DNA from: a virus
Taxonomy: Duplodnaviria > Heunggongvirae > Uroviricota > Caudoviricetes
Virus record (IMG/VR): IMGVR_UViG_3300035660_001437
DNA length: 11,408 nt
Strand: one strand, 5' to 3'
Below, one piece after another: positions 1 through 5,615 of this stretch; within the stretch, counting starts at the first letter, position 1; each line of letters begins with the position of its first letter. The position numbers were made by a program, and so were the translations under genes. The notes under the pieces are model-generated. The model was not told the DNA's origin and ran no database searches. It was given only the letters and a program-made list of their open reading frames with translations.

Positions 1-2
1 CT

Positions 3-83
3 TTTGAAACAAAACGAGGAGAAAAAGTTTCTTTCAAAGCAAGAAAGAGAGTACCTAAAAAAGTGAAATTAAGTTGGAAGTGA
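3..83 (+). CDS. 3' end of a small basic protein (partial, FETKRGEKVSFKARKRVPKKVKLSWK*), candidate nucleic-acid-binding/core protein
   Basis: Frame open from the window edge; 11 of 26 residues K/R; its TGA lies inside the GGAAGTGA RBS (76-83) of the next gene, the same coupling seen elsewhere in this operon. Not in the ORF track. Confidence 0.7.
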   Translation, partial: FETKRGEKVSFKARKRVPKKVKLSWK

Positions 84-90
84 TTTGAAA

Positions 91-1185
91 ATGAGCAAAA
101 CGCAATTTAGAAAAAGAGTTCGCGGAACGCCAAAACAGATAGGGCAGCCGTTTCCAGTAGTCGCGGCAAAGATAAGCAAGCCAATCTTTGAAAGAAGAGC
201 GCTCACGCGCGGAAGAATGCCGCTTACACCGGTCGAGAAGCACGCGTTGAAAGCAGAAGAAGAGTTGATTGCGAGCGGCTTTAAGGGGTGGAACATAACG
301 ATAAAGCTAAAAGACGGAAAAGTTATCGACGTGCCGCTAATAGCAAAAACGTGGGATGAAGCTATGCGAATAGCAAAGAGCCAAATGCAAAAGTATAATC
401 CAAAAGACATAGAAGAGCTAGTCATAACAGACCCGAAAATTTCGGAAGTTCTCCACAAAATGGGTGCTGGAGCTAGAAGAGTGGCAGGCGCAATCGGAAG
501 AGGCGCGTGGCGAGGCGTAAAGGCGCTCGCGAGAGTCCCGAGTGCCGTTGAAAGAGCAGGGATAAGAGTTGGAAGAGCAATTGGCAGAATAGAAGCGGTG
601 CCTGCAGAAATACGCGAGGCGTACGAAGAAGCCAAGGCTGAAAGGCCATGGGAAGAAGAGCCAGGAGAGGTAAAAGAGTACATAGAGCGTGAGCCTGAAC
701 CGGAGCCGGTTGTAAAAAGGCTGCCGCCTAGAGTAGCAAGAGAAGTTGCGCGAAGAGAAGTAAGGACAGAAGCAGAGTGGAAAGCCGAGCCAACACCAGA
801 AATATACAAACCCGCAGAACCAGCAGTCGACGTCAGCAGGCCGTTTGCAGCGCCGTCGCCGTTTGCAGGAAGGGCGGCGAGATACGTAGAAAAAGCAAGA
901 AAAGAAATAAGGGCGCTCGCAGAGCCCAAGCCAAAACGAAGAACTCGGGTGATTGTGGAGGGCGAGCCTGTAGATGAAGGTTCTTCTGGCGGAAAGCGAA
1001 AATTAAAAGCACGGCCGTCCCCAGCGCGCAGTCCTTTTCGTCTCTCGCAGGACTTCGCTACGCTCAGTCGAAAAACGTCCGAGCGCAAAACAGCGTTCCC
1101 AATGCGCAGCCGAGAGACGTCCGAGCATGAAAAGCCGTTCTGGAAGCAAACTAGAAGGGCACAAAAAGGCTACAGAATATGGTAA
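91..1185 (+). CDS. Hypothetical 364-aa protein: shared N-terminal RGTxxQIG motif, small alpha/beta domain, basic Gly/Ala-rich amphipathic helices, acidic/Pro-rich low-complexity region, basic tail
   Basis: Long ORF; ATG at 91 lies 7 nt after GGAAGTGA (preferred over TTG at 85); consistent purine-rich codon pattern. Confidence 0.9.
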   Translation: MSKTQFRKRVRGTPKQIGQPFPVVAAKISKPIFERRALTRGRMPLTPVEKHALKAEEELIASGFKGWNITIKLKDGKVIDVPLIAKTWDEAMRIAKSQMQKYNPKDIEELVITDPKISEVLHKMGAGARRVAGAIGRGAWRGVKALARVPSAVERAGIRVGRAIGRIEAVPAEIREAYEEAKAERPWEEEPGEVKEYIEREPEPEPVVKRLPPRVAREVARREVRTEAEWKAEPTPEIYKPAEPAVDVSRPFAAPSPFAGRAARYVEKARKEIRALAEPKPKRRTRVIVEGEPVDEGSSGGKRKLKARPSPARSPFRLSQDFATLSRKTSERKTAFPMRSRETSEHEKPFWKQTRRAQKGYRIW

Positions 1186-1265
1186 AGTCAGTCAGAGAGC
1201 ACACGCGAAGAAAAAAGCACGGCAAAAGAAAATGCGTGCAAGTTAGAGCGTATGACAGGAGGTGA
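1179..1265 (+). CDS. 28-aa basic microprotein MVKSVREHTRRKKHGKRKCVQVRAYDRR
   Basis: ATG overlaps the upstream stop; ends in AGG AGG TGA, which forms the next RBS; 12/28 K/R; twice-repeated V-R-x-[HY]-x-R motif typical of small basic viral nucleic-acid-binding peptides. Below the ORF-track cutoff. Confidence 0.7.
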   Translation: MVKSVREHTRRKKHGKRKCVQVRAYDRR

Positions 1266-1271
1266 TTTCTG

Positions 1272-1448
1272 ATGCCTTACCGCGTTCTCGCGTCCAACCC
1301 AAGAAGAGGCCAACACTGGAGATATTTCAAAACTGCTGCTGGCGCAGAGAGATTTTCGAAAACAAACAGACAAGCTATTGGAAAACCAAGACTTGTTCAG
1401 GCATCGGAATGTCCGAGAAGAGTTAGACACAAGAAAAGAGCAAGATGA
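1272..1448 (+). CDS. 58-aa basic protein (MPYRVLASNPRRGQHWRYFKT...RRVRHKKRAR)
   Basis: ATG 6 nt after a perfect AGGAGGTGA; stop 3 nt before the next ATG; 17 K/R vs 2 E. Below the ORF-track cutoff. Confidence 0.8.
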   Translation: MPYRVLASNPRRGQHWRYFKTAAGAERFSKTNRQAIGKPRLVQASECPRRVRHKKRAR

Positions 1449-1451
1449 GAA

Positions 1452-2039
1452 ATGACCTGGAAAACTCGCACGCGCGGCAGCAAATCACAGATTGGAAAGA
1501 AATTCATCGTGCGCTCGAATAAAAAATTGCCAAGAATAATATCTGGAAGAAGGCCGCAGTTAAAGCTCGGAGAAATATATTTCACACCAGTTAAGAATGA
1601 CGAGTACCACAATGTTAAGCCTAATGGTGGCTTTTGGACTTCGACTTTCAAATGGGGTGGGCCGTATGCAAGTGAGTGGATAGACTTTGTAACAACGGAA
1701 ATGACATCTGAAGACGTTTCAAAAAAGCCAATATATTTGCTTACTGTAAAGCCAACCGCCAGATTGTACACAATAGATTCCTACAAAGATTTGAAGAGAT
1801 TGATAGAAAAGTATCCGTTTGTAGTACAAGCGCGTCGATTCGACAGTTTTACACAAACGTTCCCTGACTGGGAAGCAATAAGCAAAGATTATGATGGTGT
1901 TCACATGACGAGCAAAGGGCAAGGTGAAACAAGACTTTCGAGGCCATACAGCCTATATGGCTGGGATGTAGAAAGCACGCTCTGGTTTAGGAACGTGTTT
2001 GACAAGGTTATACCGTTCAAGGGAAAGGTTAGGAGGTGA
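1452..2039 (+). CDS. 195-aa protein: shared N-terminal motif plus a putative ADP-ribosyltransferase-like fold domain
   Basis: Motifs KPNGGFWTS, IYLLTVKPTARLYTID, DWEAISKDYDGVH and LYGWDVESTLWF occur in the order expected for ART-fold strands in phage-type ART-like proteins. CDS certain; fold assignment is inference (about 0.45). Confidence 0.85.
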   Translation: MTWKTRTRGSKSQIGKKFIVRSNKKLPRIISGRRPQLKLGEIYFTPVKNDEYHNVKPNGGFWTSTFKWGGPYASEWIDFVTTEMTSEDVSKKPIYLLTVKPTARLYTIDSYKDLKRLIEKYPFVVQARRFDSFTQTFPDWEAISKDYDGVHMTSKGQGETRLSRPYSLYGWDVESTLWFRNVFDKVIPFKGKVRR

Positions 2040-2236
2040 TTTCAACGCCAACAAAAGCATTCCAGAAGAAAGTAAGAGCGAAAACTCAGCACGAGGCTAT
2101 ATCAAAAGCCAGGAAAAAGATTCCAAAAGGCTACACGCTCCAGGTAAGAACTGCGAGTCAGGCTCTCAAAAAAGGAACGTGGTGGGTCGACGGACTTATG
2201 AGAGAGCGCAAAAAGGTGTCAAAGATAGCTAAATAG
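2036..2236 (+). CDS. 66-aa basic protein (19 K/R); start is GTG 2036 or possibly ACG 2045
   Basis: GTGA overlap with the upstream stop; VRAKTQHEAISKAR strand-helix motif similar to LIAKTWDEAMRIAK in the 364-aa protein. Confidence 0.8.
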   Translation: MISTPTKAFQKKVRAKTQHEAISKARKKIPKGYTLQVRTASQALKKGTWWVDGLMRERKKVSKIAK

Positions 2237-2274
2237 TTCTCAAAATCACGCAGCTATCACAGCAGTGGCCAACA

Positions 2275-2293
2275 GAAAAGTTTAAATAGAAGC
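2275..2293 (+). promoter_or_regulatory. Archaeal promoter: BRE GAAAAG + TATA TTTAAATA (2281-2288) + GAAGC
   Basis: In a 100-nt intergenic gap; canonical BRE/TATA consensus; same layout as the promoters at 9212 and 11132. Confidence 0.75.
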
Positions 2294-2297
2294 TTGC

Positions 2298-2329
2298 TTC
2301 CTCGTACCTCTATATTGTTGTGCGAGGAA
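2298..2329 (+). promoter_or_regulatory. Inverted repeat TTCCTCGTA / TGCGAGGAA spanning the predicted TSS and covering the RBS of the 2337 gene
   Basis: 7-bp perfect arms (2298-2304 / 2323-2329), extendable to 9 bp with one G-U pair; 3' arm contains the GAGGA RBS. Confidence 0.45.
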
Positions 2330-2336
2330 TGTTCAT

Positions 2337-2864
2337 TTGGACGGTATTGGAGAGGTTCTCAGCCTGCTTGCGCCGTACATCGGCCCGATGATTATAGCGA
2401 TTGCAGCGTTCTCTTATCTTCTAGCGCAGTATTTTCAACGTAAAATCTTTCCCCGTGTGGAATATCACCGCAAGGGGCCTAACGCAGAGACTTACCCGTG
2501 CGTAGAGTTGGGCAACAGAGTGATGTTCGAGACCGGCGGGGGCTTCAGGCTTTTTGGAGGCAAAAAGAAAGACCAAATAGCCGCAGTTCTAAGAGCGAGA
2601 CCTGAGATAAAAGTGTTCGGTTTCAAAACAATCCGGCTCCACCACGTAATAGAGGGGTTCAACGAAACTGTCGACATCAGAGATATCAAAACGCAGAACC
2701 CGATGGGCGGCGGGGCGCTGGCTGTTTCTGAAGCGGTGATGGCAACGGCGTACGAGCAAATGGCAAAAAGCATACCAAAAGGCAAGGGCGATGTGATGAT
2801 AAACGTGGTGATGGTCTTAGTCGGTTTGGGTTGGGGGCTTCTTATTGGGGTGGTTTTCGCTTGA
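2337..2864 (+). CDS. 175-aa membrane protein with N-terminal and C-terminal TM helices (putative morphogenesis protein)
   Basis: TTG start 8 nt after GAGGA; hydrophobic PMIIAIAAFSYLLAQYF and VMINVVMVLVGLGWGLLIGVVFA flank a basic soluble domain. Confidence 0.85.
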   Translation: MDGIGEVLSLLAPYIGPMIIAIAAFSYLLAQYFQRKIFPRVEYHRKGPNAETYPCVELGNRVMFETGGGFRLFGGKKKDQIAAVLRARPEIKVFGFKTIRLHHVIEGFNETVDIRDIKTQNPMGGGALAVSEAVMATAYEQMAKSIPKGKGDVMINVVMVLVGLGWGLLIGVVFA

Positions 2865-2949
2865 TTTATTGGAGGGATAAGCAATCGCAATAGTTGTCCC
2901 AGAGAGTGGGGAGAAAATTGAGAAGTCAATCGGCGAGCTTATAAAAGCG

Positions 2950-3393
2950 ATGTTCACAAACACTGACTTTTTCGCAGTTGTTGGCAACACAGAAATTCCC
3001 GCGCGCTCTTTGAACGGGCTCGTAATGCTGATGTCGATTCAAAGAACTATGGAAGTTCTATCAACGCAAGACCCGGATACTGTAGAGTGGGGTGACACCG
3101 AGGAAGCGTCAGTTGCGTACGAGAAAGAGATGGACAAGTATCGCATAAGAATGCTCGTAGAGAGCGACCCAAAAGCAATGCAGGCGTTGATTTTATACGG
3201 CTACAACTACTATTTCACTCTTTGCATGAGGAGCAGAGACAGGAAAGGCAGGGCTGAAGGAGTAAGAGTCGGTTCGGGCGCAGGAGTGAAAGAAGAAGCA
3301 GAGGGCGTCGGGCTTACTACAAAGATGGCGCACGCGCTAGGTTTGGGCAGGTTGACGAAATATCAAAAAGTTTATGTTACAAAAGAAGGGTAA
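2950..3393 (+). CDS. Hypothetical protein (147 aa from ATG; probably 169 aa from an upstream ATC at 2884)
   Basis: ORF with SRDRKGRAEGV motif; the frame is open and protein-like back to 2881, and the only strong nearby SD (GGAGGGA, 2871-2877) sits in front of ATC 2884. Confidence 0.85.
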   Translation: MFTNTDFFAVVGNTEIPARSLNGLVMLMSIQRTMEVLSTQDPDTVEWGDTEEASVAYEKEMDKYRIRMLVESDPKAMQALILYGYNYYFTLCMRSRDRKGRAEGVRVGSGAGVKEEAEGVGLTTKMAHALGLGRLTKYQKVYVTKEG

Positions 3394-3395
3394 TT

Positions 3396-3698
3396 ATGAA
3401 AATCAAATTCACGGTCGTCAGCGTTTTTGCGCAGAAGAACGGCACTTTTTGCATTACTCTAAAAAATAACGGAATCCCAGACGAAGATGTCGTGCAGAAA
3501 AACATAGAAGTTGACATGTTCAATCCTAGCCAAGTTATGCAGAGCGCTATGAAAATGGCTGTAGTCCAGCAGCAAAAAATACTCGGAATAGAGCCGAACC
3601 ACTCGAAAATCGTTATGACGAGAGAGCAGTTTGAACAGTGCCGAGTAACCGCAGAGGACGAGTTCATAATAGACGTTGAGACTGGTGTAGAGCATTGA
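3396..3698 (+). CDS. 100-aa beta-rich protein, possibly arcadin-1-like/OB-like barrel
   Basis: N-terminal MKIKFTVVSV strand, central helix, C-terminal KIVMTREQFEQCRVTAEDEFIIDV pattern. CDS solid; family call about 0.4. Confidence 0.8.
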   Translation: MKIKFTVVSVFAQKNGTFCITLKNNGIPDEDVVQKNIEVDMFNPSQVMQSAMKMAVVQQQKILGIEPNHSKIVMTREQFEQCRVTAEDEFIIDVETGVEH

Positions 3699-4117
3699 AA
3701 AAGAAAAAGCAGCAGTGGGCAACCAGAAAGCGTGGGACGCCATCGCAGGTAGGCAAGGCATTCCCGTTTTCGACGCCGAGAACTCCGATGCAGGTCAAAA
3801 CTTTCAAAGAAAACTTGAGAAAGCTGAAGCCTGTGAGAAAAGACTCGCCTTTTCAAACTCCTAATCCTTTTGCAGCTCAAGAAGAGCAAGTAACTGAAGA
3901 GCAGCCTGAAATGGTAGAAGAATTCGTCCAGCTAGAAGACGGCACTGAAGCAAGAGTTACGAAGCCTTCATTAACGCCGGCAGAACTCTACGCAAAAGTA
4001 AAGACCGCGGCAAGTGGGGTAAGTGAAGCAATAAATGGTTTGCTTGTGCGTGCTGGGCTGAGGAAAAAGCCCAAACCGAAATTGGAGGAAATAGAAATTG
4101 AGTCTAACGCTGAGTAG
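3695..4117 (+). CDS. 140-aa protein with the shared N-terminal RGTxxQVG motif; basic N-terminus, acidic middle, amphipathic C-terminal helix
   Basis: TTGA overlap with the upstream stop; GGTG 7 nt upstream; overlaps the ATPase start. Confidence 0.85.
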   Translation: MKKKKQQWATRKRGTPSQVGKAFPFSTPRTPMQVKTFKENLRKLKPVRKDSPFQTPNPFAAQEEQVTEEQPEMVEEFVQLEDGTEARVTKPSLTPAELYAKVKTAASGVSEAINGLLVRAGLRKKPKPKLEEIEIESNAE

Positions 4118-4952
4118 GTTTGCTTATAAGCTTCCGAAGCTCACCCCAGAAAAGACCAAAGATAGGCAGTTATTGGACGACAAAAGAGAAAAATTTATGA
4201 AGTCTGAGGCACGCACGGGCGGACTTTGTATGGGAATCCATGCACCTTGGTCGAAAGGAAAAACTCTTACACTCGTATTTTTTGCAAAGAGAACGAACGA
4301 AGACGACGGGATTCCTGTTTTGGCCAATTTCAGGATGTTGAAAGTTAGCCCGTTCAAATTCCTCGATGACGTCGAAATACTGAAAGAGATTTTCGGGTAC
4401 GGCGTTTTCCTCGATGAGATAAGAAAGTACATGGACAGCTACATGAGCAGGGGAATGAAAGTAAGATTCACTTCTAATCTGGCAGCAGATTTGGGCAAGC
4501 AGAGCTGCAATTTGTACTATTCAGACCAGCATTACAACAGGGCGCCAACTGCAATTAAAGCAAATCTCAGCTTAATCGGCGAGCCAGACTATGATGAAGA
4601 GTCGCAATACGTAACGCTCTACCTGTATCAATCAATTGAAGACTACCTGATGAAAAATCTTTGGTTCTATTTCGGCTTTTACGGCCCTGATTATTGGCCG
4701 CTTTACGACACAAGCTTCAAAATCGAAGATTACAAGCTCAAGTTCAAAGTCGAGAGATATGCAGAGTACTTCCTAGAATGGAAGGAAGCAAGCAAAACAG
4801 TGGCACAAGTCAAAATCAGCAAGAGCCTGATAGGTTTGTGGAATCAGGCGGAAGGGATGGAGATGACAGTCCCGGAAATGAATGCGATTGACACGTACCT
4901 CGGCATAATAGAGAAGTTGGAGCAGGGAAAGCATGGCAAACGCTCTGGTTGA
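4098..4952 (+). CDS. Zot/pI-like (FtsK-HerA superfamily) packaging/extrusion ATPase, 284 aa
   Basis: Walker A APWSKGKT, PVLANF, Walker B GVFLDE, YYSDQ sensor strand, C-terminal LYDT motif; TTG start 9 nt after GGAGG. Confidence 0.8.
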   Translation: MSLTLSRFAYKLPKLTPEKTKDRQLLDDKREKFMKSEARTGGLCMGIHAPWSKGKTLTLVFFAKRTNEDDGIPVLANFRMLKVSPFKFLDDVEILKEIFGYGVFLDEIRKYMDSYMSRGMKVRFTSNLAADLGKQSCNLYYSDQHYNRAPTAIKANLSLIGEPDYDEESQYVTLYLYQSIEDYLMKNLWFYFGFYGPDYWPLYDTSFKIEDYKLKFKVERYAEYFLEWKEASKTVAQVKISKSLIGLWNQAEGMEMTVPEMNAIDTYLGIIEKLEQGKHGKRSG

Positions 4953-5094
4953 CATACTTCAAGCAGCAACAATAATAATCGCGATATTCGGCATGATTTA
5001 CATGATAAAAGACGTCTTTATCGGCATAACTCTGATGTTGGTTTGCGGCGTTCTTATTTTCCTCAGAGCGTTTATAGATAAAGCAACCAGGTGA
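4933..5094 (+). CDS. 53-aa two-TM membrane protein (MANALVDILQAATIIIAIFGMIYMIKDVFIGITLMLVCGVLIFLRAFIDKATR)
   Basis: Almost entirely hydrophobic; fills the gap after the ATPase; its stop lies within the AGGTGA RBS for TTG 5101. Not in the ORF track. Confidence 0.8.
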   Translation: MANALVDILQAATIIIAIFGMIYMIKDVFIGITLMLVCGVLIFLRAFIDKATR

Positions 5095-5098
5095 ATAA

Positions 5099-5146
5099 AA
5101 TTGAGCAAGTTTAACATGCGAAATCCCAGGGAGGCTTAGGGATTGA
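5099..5146 (+). repeat. 48-bp direct repeat, copy 1 (copy 2 at 8797-8844), containing AATCCC-N11-GGGATT
   Basis: Manual alignment gives 40/48 identity to 8797-8844. Confidence 0.9.
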
Positions 5147-5379
5147 GCGGAGAAACAAAGAGAAGCCTTGCTATAATCATACTGCCGCTGATGTTCCTGC
5201 TCGGCCTGGTAATCCTCATCGTGACCTCGCCTATATTCTCACAGATTTCAATCTTCAGCGGTTTCAATTTCGGAGGCATAAATGAAGGAATTGCACAAAT
5301 ACTCCCGCTCCTCGGTGTAGGGCTCGGAATTGCGATGCTGTTCGTTGTATTCTGCGCCATTAGGAGGGCTAGAAGGTGA
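5143..5379 (+). CDS. 78-aa two-helix hydrophobic protein resembling spindle-shaped-virus major capsid proteins (fusellovirus VP1/VP3 type)
   Basis: Helix 1 ends in SPIFSQI (cf. LPVIVSQV in SSV1 VP1 as I recall it); Gly/Asn loop; helix 2 with ILPL; basic C-terminus. TTG 8 nt after GGGAGG; an in-frame upstream TTG 5101 is separated by TAG 5137. CDS solid; capsid role about 0.55. Confidence 0.75.
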   Translation: MSGETKRSLAIIILPLMFLLGLVILIVTSPIFSQISIFSGFNFGGINEGIAQILPLLGVGLGIAMLFVVFCAIRRARR

Positions 5380-5615
5380 ACCGTGCAATAAAACACGCAA
5401 TTTGGTTTTTAATATTTGAGTTCCTTTTACTTTTCTTCGCGCTGGTGCTAATGGGAGAGTTATCAGCAGACGGCCAGCCGCTCCCAGTAATGTTAGCTAT
5501 AGCGGCAAGCATCGGCACTACCGCGCGGGACATTGGCATCGGATTTTTCATAATCGGAACGTTCGCAAATTTGGCCATTATGTTCGTCAATATAGCTCGC
5601 GGTGGGATGCAGTGA
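5376..5615 (+). CDS. 79-aa two-TM membrane/structural protein
   Basis: GTG start 8 nt after AGGAGG, GTGA overlap; two long hydrophobic segments. Confidence 0.8.
   Translation: MNRAIKHAIWFLIFEFLLLFFALVLMGELSADGQPLPVMLAIAASIGTTARDIGIGFFIIGTFANLAIMFVNIARGGMQ

Noticed and set aside
69-1088. 339-aa minus-strand ORF
   Set aside because: Antisense shadow of the 364-aa gene; Ser/Leu/Ala/Phe-rich composition mirrors the purine-rich sense strand; no RBS or promoter.
1075-1126. ACGTCCGAGC repeated at 42-bp spacing
   Set aside because: Short intragenic duplication (SRKTSERK / SRETSEHEK) in a low-complexity tail; no independent function evident.
2938-2947. CTTATAAAAG as a TATA box
   Set aside because: Only a few nt from ATG 2950, too close even for a leaderless transcript, and probably coding (LIKA).
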